Positions 37,099 through 47,059 of a stretch of 64,000 bases of DNA are shown in pieces. The DNA is from an uncultured candidate division Zixibacteria bacterium (GTDB lineage: Bacteria; Zixibacteria; MSB-5A5; GN15; PGXB01), in assembly GCA_963702205.1 (NCBI GenBank), contig OY969724.1:517602-581601 (forward strand), read 5' to 3'. The notes under the pieces are model-generated. The model was given only the letters and a program-made list of their open reading frames with translations. It searched no databases and was not told where the DNA came from. The stretch's first letter is position 1. Every line of letters begins with the position of its first letter. The position numbers and the translations under genes were made by a program.

Positions 37099-38454
37099 TC
37101 AGCTCCTCGGTTTATCCAGGGTCAACCTGAAGGTCGTCGGACCGCCCGGTCGGCTGTCGAAATTAATACTGCCGCCCATATCGTCAGCCAGCTTCTTTGA
37201 CAGGTACAGACCCAGCCCCGATCCGGTGGGCGAGGTCGTATAGAAGGGTTCAAATAAAGTTTTGGTTTTGTCGGGTTCTATACCGGGGCCATTATCCCTG
37301 ACGGCTATAACATTCCGGCCGCTCTCTTCAGTTATCGAAACCATTATTTCCGGGTTGGTCGCTTTTTTTGAGGCATCGGCGGCATTAAGCAGCAAGTTTA
37401 TGACTATTTGGCGGACGGCAATAGGATCGACCTCTATCTCGTTTTTATTGTCATCGATATCAAGATTTAATGAAATTCCGTCTTTTTTAAAGCCGGGGCC
37501 AAACTGATCGGCGAGGCGTTTGATAACTTCGGTTAGGTCAATAATTTGTTTGACCAGCGGTTTTCGGCCTGAGGCGAAATCGAGGTATCCGGTCACAATT
37601 TCATTCAACCGGTCGACTTCTTCCAGGATAAAGCCGGTTTCAGGCATTTCGGCGGAACTTTCCCTGCCTTTCTTAAGTCGTTCGGCAGCGGCGCGGATAA
37701 TCATCAGGGGGTTTTTCAATTCATGTGAGACGACCGCTACCATCCGGCCCAGATTGGCCTGGGCCTGGGAACGCAGGAGGCTGCGCTCGGCATTGGCGAG
37801 GCGCCGCTGGACCACGAAAAACAAAATCCCGAATAAGAGCCCGGCTCCGATGGAAAGCCCCGAGGAAAATATCAGGTTGTTTTTAAGCTGGTTCAAGTTG
37901 TCGGTGTAGTCGAGATCGGCTTCGAGGCCCAGAACGGCCGGGGTGAATCCCGAGGTATCATTAAGCGGCGCGAAGGCTGTCTTGAGAAATATATCGCCCA
38001 CTTTGTGCGACCGGCTGACGACGGGCGAACCGGAAGTTCCACCCAGCAGGACGGAATCGATATATTCGCCGTTGAGCGCCTGAAGATAATACACCGAATC
38101 GCCTGTCAACTGGGTGGTCGCCAGATAGTTATAATCGGGTCCGAGGATAAACACTTCCGACAGAGAATCGACCCGCTGGATTTCGTCCAAAACCTGCAGG
38201 ACGGTATCGTAGGCGGCCAGACTGCCGTCGCCCAGAGACTGGATCAGATCGGGCCGGAGTTGGTCGGCCCCCAGCGCGGCCACCGCGGTCAGGCGGCGGG
38301 AAAGCTGGGCCTCATAGCTTTTCTCGGTTTTTTGGTACATCAGCCACCAGGCCAGATTAACGACGGCGATAAGAATAATCGTAAAGATGATTACGACGGC
38401 CGATTGACGACGCACGGTTGCCATGCAAATATTAAGCGTCGTGCCAATATACAA
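37099..38454 (-). CDS. sensor histidine kinase
   Basis: 451 aa with two TM segments flanking a periplasmic domain, the H-box VSHELKNPL, N/G boxes (NLLLNAADA, DNGPGI, GSGLGL), and a 6-nt gap to the regulator gene. Confidence 0.85.
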   Translation of the reverse strand: MYIGTTLNICMATVRRQSAVVIIFTIILIAVVNLAWWLMYQKTEKSYEAQLSRRLTAVAALGADQLRPDLIQSLGDGSLAAYDTVLQVLDEIQRVDSLSEVFILGPDYNYLATTQLTGDSVYYLQALNGEYIDSVLLGGTSGSPVVSRSHKVGDIFLKTAFAPLNDTSGFTPAVLGLEADLDYTDNLNQLKNNLIFSSGLSIGAGLLFGILFFVVQRRLANAERSLLRSQAQANLGRMVAVVSHELKNPLMIIRAAAERLKKGRESSAEMPETGFILEEVDRLNEIVTGYLDFASGRKPLVKQIIDLTEVIKRLADQFGPGFKKDGISLNLDIDDNKNEIEVDPIAVRQIVINLLLNAADASKKATNPEIMVSITEESGRNVIAVRDNGPGIEPDKTKTLFEPFYTTSPTGSGLGLYLSKKLADDMGGSINFDSRPGGPTTFRLTLDKPRS

Positions 38455-38561
38455 GTCAATAATAAACTGCCGACAAGGCTTCGGTGAGTTTTGACTTTAC
38501 ATTTGCAAAAGGCCTGACTAAATTAGTTGGCTAAAGAAAAATAAACGGCGGTTTTGAAGAT

Positions 38562-41500
38562 ATGAAATTCGGACAATTTAAAGACATCGGGACTCCGCAG
38601 CTGGAAACACAGATACTCGAGTTCTGGGAAGAAAATAAGGTTTTTGAAAAATTAAACGCGCTGGCCGCCGACCGGCCGCAGTTCGTGTTCTATGAAGGAC
38701 CGCCGACAGCCAACGGGCGTCCGGGAGTGCATCATGCCATTGCCCGGACGATTAAAGACCTTATTTGCCGCTATAAAACGATGCAGGGATTCCGGGTCGA
38801 CCGCAAAGCCGGTTGGGATACACACGGACTGCCGGTGGAAATCGAGGTCGAAAAGCAGCTCGGGCTGGATTCCAAGGAGAGGATTGTCGAGTACGGCGTC
38901 GCGGAGTTCAACAAGAAATGCCGCGAATCGGTTTTTAAATATATCAACGACTGGAACGACATCACCCGCAAGCTGGGGTACTGGATTGACCTTGGTGATG
39001 CCTATATCACGCTGACCAATGACTACATCGAATCGGTCTGGAACATCCTCAAGAATTTCTTCGACCGCGATCTGATCTACAAAGGCCACAAGACGGTGGC
39101 CTTTTGTCCCCGATGCGAGACGGCGGTATCGAGCCACGAGGTTGCGCAGGGTTATCAGGAGGTCAATGATCCCTCGGTGTTTGTCAAAGTCAAGGCGGCC
39201 GACGATGATTTCTATTACGTGATTTGGACGACGACCCCGTGGACGCTGCCGTCGAATGCCGCCATAGCGATGAGTCCGGACGCCGATTATGCACTGGTGG
39301 AGCACGGCGGTGAAAAACTGGTGCTGGCCAGGGCCTTGCTGGACAAAGTGCTCGGCGAGGATTATAAAATAATCGAGACCAAAAAGGGCACGGAGTTTCA
39401 CAATCGCAAATATATCCCGATGTTCAATACTTTTGCCGACCGTGCCGACGAAGCCTTTTATGTGATCAACGCCGATTTCGTGACGCTCGACGACGGCACC
39501 GGAATCGTACACGTCGCGCCGGGGTACGGCGCCGACGACTATATCGCCGGGCAGAAGTACGGTCTGCCGGTCTTACAAGCGGTCCGGGCCGACGGGCATT
39601 TCGAGGATTTCGCCGGGAAATACGCCGGAATGTTTATGAAAAAGGCCGACCCGGAAATTATCAAGGACCTCAAAATCAGCGGACGGCTTTATAAAAAAGA
39701 GCTCTATACACATAATTACCCGTTTTGCTGGCGGTGCGATACACCGCTTATTTATATCGCGCGGCACTGCTGGTATATCCGGACGACCCAGTTCAAAGAG
39801 CAGTTGATCAAGAACAGCAACATAACGCGCTGGCAGCCGGACGATATCCGCACCGGCCGTATGCTCGACTGGTTAGAGAACAACGTCGACTGGGCGCTGT
39901 CCCGTGAGAGGTTCTGGGGTACACCGCTGCCGATTTGGGAGTGTTCCGGGTGCGGGCACCTGACGGCGGTCGGGTCAATCGAGCAGCTTCGAAAAGATGG
40001 GTTGAATGTCCCGTCGGGCGAGCTTGACCTGCACAAACCGACGGTCGATGAAATAAAGCTTAAATGCGAAAAGTGCGGTGAAGAGATGACTCGTGTACCG
40101 GAAGTGATCGACACCTGGTTCGATTCCGGCTCGATGCCGTACGCTCAGTGGCACTATCCTTTCGAGAATAAAGAAGTCTTCGAGCAAAAGTACCCGGCCG
40201 ATTTTATTTCGGAAGCCATCGATCAGACGCGCGGCTGGTTCTATTCCCTGCTGGCGATCTCGACTATGCTTTTCGACAAGCCGGCTTTCAAGAATGTCAT
40301 CGTCATGGAGTTGATCCTCGATAAAGAGGGCAAAAAGATGTCGAAAAGCCGGGGGACGGCGGTCAATCCGTTCGATATAATCGCCCGGTACGGGGCCGAT
40401 CCGTTGCGCTGGTATTTGCTGGCGACGTCGAATCCGTGGGTGCCGACACGCTACGACGAAGCCGGCCTGGCCGAGGTCATTCGCAAGTTTTTCGATACGT
40501 ACAAAAATAGTTATAGCTTCTTCGCCTTGTATGCCAACGTCGATGACATTTTGCAGCGGGCCGCCGATGACAGTGTGACGGTCGATGAATTCCTCGAAAA
40601 ATATGCCGGTGAACCGGAGCGAATCGACCGCTGGATTGTCTCCCGCTATAATTCGCTGGTAAAGAAAATAACGACCCGTCTGGACGGCTACGACATCACC
40701 CCCCCGGCCCGAATGCTGACCGATTTCGTGATCGATGATCTGTCCAACTGGTATATCCGGCTGAACCGCCGCCGGTTCTGGGCGCCGGAAAATGACCCGT
40801 CGAAAATGCGCGCCTACCTGACCCTGTATCGAATTATGTGCGGGGTCACCAAGCTGGCGGCGCCGTACATCCCGTTTCTGACCGAATATATCTGGCGCCA
40901 GTTGGTACCAGCGGTTAATAAAAGTAGAATTTCGTCGGTACATCTATCGAAGTACCCGGTTTGTGATGAAACGACCATTGATAGTGATCTCGAAGACGCG
41001 ATGTCAATAGCGCAGAAAATTGTCTCGGTCGGGCGGGCGGTCCGGGCCAGGAAGAATCTCAAGGTTCGCCAGCCGTTGGCGTCGATACTGGTGCATCTGC
41101 CGGGTGAGAATAATTTTGACCGGATTAAACCTGAGTTGGATGTCATCAAAGAGGAACTGAATATCAAGACCGTGGAACCGCTGGCCAGGGTCGATGACGT
41201 GGTCAGTTACACCGCCAGGCTGAATTTCGCCTTGGCGGGGTCCAAACTTGGTAAACTGGCAAAGGATACCGCCGCGCAGGTATCGGCCTGGGACAGCCGG
41301 ACGGTCAGGAATTTTCGCAAGGATGGTTCGGCAACGCTGAAAACCTCCGGCGGCGACGCCGTCCTCGAAGCCGAGGACGTGGAGATTAAGATGGTCGAGC
41401 AGGAAGGTTTCGGGGTGGACGAACACGACGGCATCACGGTGGCATTGAAGACGCGGATCGACGATAACCTGCGCGATGAAGGTTTCGCTCGAGAAATGGT

Positions 41501-41732
41501 CAATAAGATTCAAAACATGCGTAAGTCTTCCGGTTTCGAGGTCACGGACCGTATCACGGTTGAAATAAAAACCGATGAGCCGCTGCTTTCGGCTGTAAAA
41601 AGGTTTGAAGAATATATTTGCAGGGAAACACTTGCCGATAAGATTGAGCTGGTTAGCCGTATATCGCCGGACAAGAACGGCAAGAATTGGAATATAAACG
41701 GCACCATGGCGGACATCGCAGTAATAAAATAG
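38562..41732 (+). CDS. ileS: isoleucyl-tRNA synthetase
   Basis: 1056 aa with a HIGH-type motif (PTANGRPGVHH), KMSKS, and class Ia editing/CP1 length. Confidence 0.95.
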   Translation: MKFGQFKDIGTPQLETQILEFWEENKVFEKLNALAADRPQFVFYEGPPTANGRPGVHHAIARTIKDLICRYKTMQGFRVDRKAGWDTHGLPVEIEVEKQLGLDSKERIVEYGVAEFNKKCRESVFKYINDWNDITRKLGYWIDLGDAYITLTNDYIESVWNILKNFFDRDLIYKGHKTVAFCPRCETAVSSHEVAQGYQEVNDPSVFVKVKAADDDFYYVIWTTTPWTLPSNAAIAMSPDADYALVEHGGEKLVLARALLDKVLGEDYKIIETKKGTEFHNRKYIPMFNTFADRADEAFYVINADFVTLDDGTGIVHVAPGYGADDYIAGQKYGLPVLQAVRADGHFEDFAGKYAGMFMKKADPEIIKDLKISGRLYKKELYTHNYPFCWRCDTPLIYIARHCWYIRTTQFKEQLIKNSNITRWQPDDIRTGRMLDWLENNVDWALSRERFWGTPLPIWECSGCGHLTAVGSIEQLRKDGLNVPSGELDLHKPTVDEIKLKCEKCGEEMTRVPEVIDTWFDSGSMPYAQWHYPFENKEVFEQKYPADFISEAIDQTRGWFYSLLAISTMLFDKPAFKNVIVMELILDKEGKKMSKSRGTAVNPFDIIARYGADPLRWYLLATSNPWVPTRYDEAGLAEVIRKFFDTYKNSYSFFALYANVDDILQRAADDSVTVDEFLEKYAGEPERIDRWIVSRYNSLVKKITTRLDGYDITPPARMLTDFVIDDLSNWYIRLNRRRFWAPENDPSKMRAYLTLYRIMCGVTKLAAPYIPFLTEYIWRQLVPAVNKSRISSVHLSKYPVCDETTIDSDLEDAMSIAQKIVSVGRAVRARKNLKVRQPLASILVHLPGENNFDRIKPELDVIKEELNIKTVEPLARVDDVVSYTARLNFALAGSKLGKLAKDTAAQVSAWDSRTVRNFRKDGSATLKTSGGDAVLEAEDVEIKMVEQEGFGVDEHDGITVALKTRIDDNLRDEGFAREMVNKIQNMRKSSGFEVTDRITVEIKTDEPLLSAVKRFEEYICRETLADKIELVSRISPDKNGKNWNINGTMADIAVIK

Positions 41733-41745
41733 GCGTGAGGCCGTT

Positions 41746-42129
41746 ATGAAAAAAGAGGACCTTGAAAAGTATGAAAAGCTCCTGCTGAAAAAACGCGAGG
41801 AGCTTTTGGAATCCATTGTGGACAAACGCAACCAGACGGGCAAAACGACCCGGGACGCCACCGGCGACCTGTCCAGTTATTCGTACCACATGGCTGATCA
41901 GGGCACGGATGCCATCGAGCGCGAAAAGGCTTTCATGATCGCATCCAAGTCGGGGCGGCTGATTTACCATATCGACCAGGCCCTGATGAGGATTCGGAAG
42001 GGCGAGTTCGGCTTGTGTCACAGCTGCGGGAAACCGATTCAGAAAGCCCGGTTGATGGCGGTGCCGCACGCCCGGTTGTGCCTGGAGTGCAAGGAAAAGG
42101 AAGAGCAGGAGAAAGCCAGCCGTAAGTAG
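41746..42129 (+). CDS. DksA/TraR-family C4 zinc-finger protein
   Basis: 127 aa with CHSCGKPIQKARLMAVPHARLCLEC (CxxC-x17-CxxC) and a coiled-coil N-terminus. Confidence 0.8.
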   Translation: MKKEDLEKYEKLLLKKREELLESIVDKRNQTGKTTRDATGDLSSYSYHMADQGTDAIEREKAFMIASKSGRLIYHIDQALMRIRKGEFGLCHSCGKPIQKARLMAVPHARLCLECKEKEEQEKASRK

Positions 42130-42130
42130 C

Positions 42131-42658
42131 ATGCGAAAATACGTCCTGTTTATCTTCATTATTTTGGCGGTCGTCGCTCTGGATCAATTTACCAAGTTCT
42201 GGGCAGTGGCCAATCTGGCGGACGGCCAGGTCCACCAGGTCTGGGGGACCTTTTTTCAGGTTAAGCTTCTTTATAACATAGGCGGCGTTATGGGCTCCAG
42301 CCTGGGTGGGAGCACTTTCTACCTGATTTCTTCCCTGTTCGTTTTCGCGTTTGTTATGTATTTCCTGTACACTTACAGAAATTTGATTGTCGTGGCGATC
42401 CCGATGTGTATCATCGCGGGCGGCGCGATAGGTAACATTGTTGACAGGATACGCCTCGGTCAGGTCATAGATTTTCTCGATTTCGATTTTTTTAATATAA
42501 ATATCGGCTCTTTCCACCTCGACAGGTGGTGGACGTTTAATATTTCCGATGCCGCTATCTCGGTCGGCGTCACCTGGTTGATCTTATATCTGCTTTTTGT
42601 CCACCGGGTGCAACAGCCCGAAAACGCGTCATTAACCGAAGATTCCACACCCGCCTGA
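42131..42658 (+). CDS. lspA: lipoprotein signal peptidase (signal peptidase II)
   Basis: 175 aa with 4 TM segments, conserved NxGxxF-like (YNIGGVMG) and IVDRxxxGxVxDF (NIVDRIRLGQVIDFLDF) motifs, and the classic ileS-lspA linkage. Confidence 0.85.
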   Translation: MRKYVLFIFIILAVVALDQFTKFWAVANLADGQVHQVWGTFFQVKLLYNIGGVMGSSLGGSTFYLISSLFVFAFVMYFLYTYRNLIVVAIPMCIIAGGAIGNIVDRIRLGQVIDFLDFDFFNINIGSFHLDRWWTFNISDAAISVGVTWLILYLLFVHRVQQPENASLTEDSTPA

Positions 42659-42757
42659 CTTGACATCTGTCGGCCATTGTATTATTAACCGATCATTGGA
42701 ACCCCTCGTATTGTATGCGGTTTTATGAATATGAACAGCCCACCGAGGAGGCAAAAA

Positions 42758-43831
42758 ATGGCTGACAAACAACAAGTAATAGAAATACTTTCCAAAATAA
42801 ACGACCCCGAATTACATCGCCCGTTGACCGATCTGGATATGGTAAAAAACGTCGAAATCGACGGCGGGGTAGTAAATATTGAAATTTCGCTGACTATTCC
42901 CGGCTGTCCTTTGAAGCATAAGATCAGCGAGGACGTCAATACGATGGTCGGAGCGCTGGACGGTGTCGAAAGAGTCAATATTTCTTTCGGGGTTATGACC
43001 GACGAACAGCGCAAGAATCTCCGGGGTCGGATGTACGGCACCGACAAAGGCCAATCACTTGAAGGCGGGACGCCGAAGGTTCGTCCTGAGGATTTCACCA
43101 AGCGGGTGATAGCGGTGTCCTCTGGAAAAGGCGGCGTCGGCAAATCGACCACAACCTGCAACCTGGCCGCGGCTTTGAGCGGAATGGGATATCAGGTCGG
43201 GATTCTCGACGCGGACGTGTACGGGTTTTCGGTGCCGCGCATTATGGGTGTCCACGGTCAGCCGACGATAATCGATGAGCACATTATCCCCATGCGGCGC
43301 GAGAACATACAGATCATGTCAATGGGCTTTTTCGTGGGCGAAGACGACCCGGTAATCTGGCGCGGACCGATGCTGCACAAAGCGATCAATCAGTTTCTGA
43401 CCGACGTCCTGTGGGACAATCTCGATATCCTGCTGATAGATATGCCTCCGGGTACGGGTGACGTCACGTTGACGGTGGCGCAGGCTATTCCTCAGGCCGA
43501 GATGCTGGTGGTGACGACACCGCAGCCGGTCGCGGCTCATACGGCCGGACGGGTCGCGCGGCTGGCCGAAAAAACCAACCTGAGCGTGCTGGGCGTCATC
43601 GAGAACATGGCGTACTACGAGTCCAATGGTCATCGTGATTATATTTTCGGTAAGGACGGCGGAAAGAGCCTGGCCAAAACACTGAAAACGACTTTCCTGG
43701 GTGAAATTCCGATCGTGACGGCGATCCGCGAAGCATCGGACGGCGGGGAGCCGGCTGAATTTTCGAACAAAACAGAAATTGCCGGTTATTATCGCACGAT
43801 TGCCGAGGCATTAGTTGCGAAGCAAGCCTGA
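42758..43831 (+). CDS. Mrp/ApbC/NBP35-family Fe-S cluster carrier ATPase with an N-terminal DUF59-like domain
   Basis: It has the deviant Walker A SGKGGVGKST and a DUF59-like N-terminus (ITDPELHRPLTDLDMVKNVEI). I prefer the ATG at 42758, after gaggagg. Confidence 0.9.
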   Translation: MADKQQVIEILSKINDPELHRPLTDLDMVKNVEIDGGVVNIEISLTIPGCPLKHKISEDVNTMVGALDGVERVNISFGVMTDEQRKNLRGRMYGTDKGQSLEGGTPKVRPEDFTKRVIAVSSGKGGVGKSTTTCNLAAALSGMGYQVGILDADVYGFSVPRIMGVHGQPTIIDEHIIPMRRENIQIMSMGFFVGEDDPVIWRGPMLHKAINQFLTDVLWDNLDILLIDMPPGTGDVTLTVAQAIPQAEMLVVTTPQPVAAHTAGRVARLAEKTNLSVLGVIENMAYYESNGHRDYIFGKDGGKSLAKTLKTTFLGEIPIVTAIREASDGGEPAEFSNKTEIAGYYRTIAEALVAKQA

Positions 43832-44127
43832 CCGCTATCCCTTGCGATGATTGACTTTATAAATTTCGATAATTTTTTTTGCGATTTATTTGCACCGTGC
43901 AAAATTATGAATTCGATAAAACAGCCTGTAATTACAATCGACATAAGCACTTTGCACTATCGGTAATTTTTTCCCATAGTGGCTTGACTGAGCCGAGGTC
44001 TTCTCCTTTATTGCTTTCACCGGATAAGCTACACAGCAAAATGTTTACAGGATGTGCACAAATTCAGGATGTTTGATCTTTAGTCAATCATATCAATAGC
44101 TTAACGGCAGACGCATCTGAATCAGGC

Positions 44128-44136
44128 TGTGGATAA
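44128..44136 (-). promoter_or_regulatory. perfect DnaA box (TTATCCACA on the minus strand)
   Basis: TGTGGATAA was read on the plus strand, 111 nt upstream of the preferred dnaA start. Confidence 0.6.
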
Positions 44137-44218
44137 TTATGTTTATAACCGGTAATGGGAATTGGGGTTGTGCGGAGTTAATTCCGTAGTGCCTCATGTT
44201 TTGGAAGGAACCGAAAAC

Positions 44219-44227
44219 AGTGGATAA
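44219..44227 (-). promoter_or_regulatory. DnaA box variant (TTATCCACT)
   Basis: AGTGGATAA on the plus strand has one mismatch to the consensus and lies just upstream of the ATG at 44247. Confidence 0.45.
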
Positions 44228-44246
44228 TCTGTCTCACGGGGGAAAG

Positions 44247-45620
44247 ATGATATCCGAAGCAAATTTTGATTCAAGCAAGTTATGGAATAACTGCCTTGAC
44301 TATGTTGCCCTGCGGGTGAACAATCACTCGTTTAACACCTGGTTCAAGCATACCCGGGGATCGCAACAGGACGACGGCTCTTTGAAAATTGTCGTCCCCA
44401 ACCGATTTGTGGCCGACTGGCTGTCGGACCGGTACGCCGATCTTATCGACGAGGCTTTAATACAGATCAACGGGGTGGCGATGCCGTATGTTTTCGAAAT
44501 CAAGAACGGAAACGGCGACGGCAACGGCCAGACCGAGATCGAATTTCAAAGCCGTCCGGTGCCGGTTCATCCGGTTGCACCGGTGACTGTCCACCCGGAT
44601 TATGCCTTGAACGGCAAGTATCGTTTCGACAATTTCGTCGTCGGCAGCTCCAACCAGTTTGCCCACGCCGCCGCGCTTGCCGTATCAGAGGCCCCGGGCA
44701 AGACCAATTATAATCCCTTGTTCATGTATGGCGGGACCGGTTTGGGTAAAACTCATCTATTGGAGGCCATCGGCAACACCGTCAAGGAGAAATTCCCCGG
44801 CAAGCGTATCATATACGCCTCGTCGGAAAAGTTCACGTCCGATTTTATTAACTCTTTGTCCAACGGGACGACTCTGAAATTCACGTCGTTGTATCGCACC
44901 GCCGACTTGCTGTTAATCGACGACACGCAGTTTTTCAGCGGCAAAGAATCGACCCAGGAACAATTCTTCCATACCTTCAACGACCTCTATCACAGTGGCC
45001 GTCAGATCGTCCTCACATCTGATCGCCATCCCAAAGACACCAAGGGTCTGGAAGAAAGGTTGCTGTCGCGGTTTGCCTCTGGGCTCGTGGCCGACCTTCA
45101 GCCACCCGATCTGGAAACGCGCATGGCTATTTTGAGACGGCGTATCGAGCAGGATAAATCCTCGATGCCGGAGGACGTGCTGTATTTCATCGCTGACAAC
45201 GTGCGGTCCAATATCCGTGAATTGGAGGGGTGTTTGACGCGGTTGACGGCTTACGCCTCGATCAGCAAGGCGGAAATCAACCTGAATTTCGCTCAGGAGG
45301 TCCTGGGCAAAGACATTTTCCAGGTTAAAAAAGAAATTACGGTCAAGCAGGTGCAGAAGAAGACGGCCGAAGTGTTCAATATCGACCCGGCCATGATGAC
45401 GGCCAAGAAAAAAACCGCCCCGGTGGCGCTGGCCCGTCAGGTCGCGATGTATCTTACGCGGAAGCACACGTCGCTGTCCTTGAAAGCCATCGGTGAAGCT
45501 TTCGGCGGGCGGGATCATTCGACGGTTATTCACGCCTGTGAACTGATCGCTCAGAAGATCGAAACGGACTCCAATTTCAGAAGAAAGGTAGCCGATTTAA
45601 CCCACACTCTGCTGGCGTAG
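44247..45620 (+). CDS. dnaA: chromosomal replication initiator DnaA
   Basis: It has AAA+ motifs (GGTGLGKTHLL, LLLIDDTQF), the sensor/box VII region, and the C-terminal DNA-binding domain (VALARQVAMYLTRKHTSLSLKAIGEAFGGRDHSTVIHA). I prefer the ATG at 44247, after ggggga. Confidence 0.95.
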   Translation: MISEANFDSSKLWNNCLDYVALRVNNHSFNTWFKHTRGSQQDDGSLKIVVPNRFVADWLSDRYADLIDEALIQINGVAMPYVFEIKNGNGDGNGQTEIEFQSRPVPVHPVAPVTVHPDYALNGKYRFDNFVVGSSNQFAHAAALAVSEAPGKTNYNPLFMYGGTGLGKTHLLEAIGNTVKEKFPGKRIIYASSEKFTSDFINSLSNGTTLKFTSLYRTADLLLIDDTQFFSGKESTQEQFFHTFNDLYHSGRQIVLTSDRHPKDTKGLEERLLSRFASGLVADLQPPDLETRMAILRRRIEQDKSSMPEDVLYFIADNVRSNIRELEGCLTRLTAYASISKAEINLNFAQEVLGKDIFQVKKEITVKQVQKKTAEVFNIDPAMMTAKKKTAPVALARQVAMYLTRKHTSLSLKAIGEAFGGRDHSTVIHACELIAQKIETDSNFRRKVADLTHTLLA

Positions 45621-45658
45621 ATGGTGATGATAAACGGTTGACAAACATGAGCAGTATT

Positions 45659-45684
45659 TGTGGACAAAAAACGGATGTGCAAAA
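45659..45684 (-). promoter_or_regulatory. two relaxed DnaA boxes in the dnaA-dnaN spacer, followed by an AT-rich tract
   Basis: TGTGGACAA (45659..45667) and TGTGCAAAA (45676..45684) fit TTWTNCACA on the minus strand. The stretch 45700..45890 is strongly AT-rich. Confidence 0.45.
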
Positions 45685-45893
45685 GCGACGTGATTATCAA
45701 TGTTTATTGACAATCAGATCATAAAAAAATTAATATGAAAAGGAAGATTAAGAACTTGAGATATAATAAGATCACGAAATGGAGCGGGACTTTATAAACA
45801 TTTTAACATTGCTTATAAGAACTATTATTTAGATATATATCCTCAGAATTATACAAAGAGGGTGTTTAAAAGCCTTAGTTAAGGAAGGTTTGA

Positions 45894-47003
45894 ATGAAGT
45901 TCAACATATCGAAATCCAAACTCAATAAATGTCTTCAGTCGGTAATGCAGGTAGTTCCGAGTAAGTCGACCCTCCCGATATTGTCCAACATTCTTTTTGA
46001 ATCATTCGAAGACAGGATAAAGGTATCGGCCACGGACCTTGAGGTTTCTATCACGGTTACGCTGGAATGCAGCATCGGCAAAAAAGGTGTTGCGGTTCTT
46101 CCGGGACGAATACTGTTTGATATTGTCAAAGAACTTCCCGAATCCGAGATATCGTTCGAGGGCACGACCAATCGAGTGGAACTTAAGGTTCCCAATGGGT
46201 CATACAAGATTGCCTGTGCGTCGGTGGAAGACTTCCCCAAGCTGCCGGTGGCCAATACCAAAAAGCAGATTGAGATCGACGGCCAGGATTTGGTGACGAT
46301 GATCCGCAAGACGACGTTCGCGTGCAGCAAAGATGAAACTCGTCCGGCTTTAAACGGTGTGCTCTGGTCGACCAAGGGCGATATGATGACGATGGTGGCC
46401 ACCGACGGACATCGGCTGGCTAAGGCTTCGGTAGAGAATAAAAAGCTTAAAGGTCTTTCTGAGGATATTATTATTCCCCCCAAGGTATTGGATATAATTC
46501 CGAAATTCATTTCGGAAAATGAGCCGGTCGGTATAATTTTCGGCGAAAACAATATTATTTTCAATCTGAATGAAGTCATTCTGACGTCGCGATTAATAGA
46601 AGGTCCTTACCCCAATTTCGAACAGGTTATTCCCAACGAAAACGACAAGAAGATGGTCATCAATAAGGATGATCTGTCCGGTGCGGTGAGGCGCGTTTCT
46701 ATCTTGTCCAATGCCCTGACACACCAGGTTAAGTTCAGCCTGAAGAACAACAATCTGACTATATCCACAACCAACGCCGACGTCGGTGGTGAGGGCAAAG
46801 AAACTCTATCGTGCGAGTTCGCCGGCGAGACGATCGAGCTCGGGTATAATGCGCTGTATATCACCGATATTTTGAATAAGATCGAGGGTGACGAGGTTTT
46901 GTTCGAGCTGACCAATGCGGTCTCAGCGGGTGTGATTATTTCTCCCGAGGTTCCCCGGGATGAATATCTCTGCCTGATTATGCCGCTGCGTCTGGCCGAT
47001 TAG
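45894..47003 (+). CDS. dnaN: DNA polymerase III beta sliding clamp
   Basis: 369 aa with the three-domain clamp pattern (LPILSNILFE..., ATDGHRLA, MPLRL C-terminus) and an SD (aaggaagg). Confidence 0.95.
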   Translation: MKFNISKSKLNKCLQSVMQVVPSKSTLPILSNILFESFEDRIKVSATDLEVSITVTLECSIGKKGVAVLPGRILFDIVKELPESEISFEGTTNRVELKVPNGSYKIACASVEDFPKLPVANTKKQIEIDGQDLVTMIRKTTFACSKDETRPALNGVLWSTKGDMMTMVATDGHRLAKASVENKKLKGLSEDIIIPPKVLDIIPKFISENEPVGIIFGENNIIFNLNEVILTSRLIEGPYPNFEQVIPNENDKKMVINKDDLSGAVRRVSILSNALTHQVKFSLKNNNLTISTTNADVGGEGKETLSCEFAGETIELGYNALYITDILNKIEGDEVLFELTNAVSAGVIISPEVPRDEYLCLIMPLRLAD

Positions 47004-47059
47004 TTGGGTTTTATTATCAGCGGTTGCTTTTAGGCGGTCGCGGCCTTATATATCCCGGC

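Noticed and set aside
38652-41861. Several 285-322-aa ORFs antisense to or overlapping ileS (38652..39512, 39975..40943, 41004..41861)
   Set aside because: The ileS frame carries unmistakable class I synthetase motifs over the whole span. The antisense translations are Arg/Pro/Gly-rich nonsense.
41653-42517. 168-aa and 194-aa minus-strand ORFs opposite the dksA-like and lspA genes
   Set aside because: The plus-strand genes have clear family motifs and the conserved ileS-lspA context. The antisense products have no motifs and biased composition.
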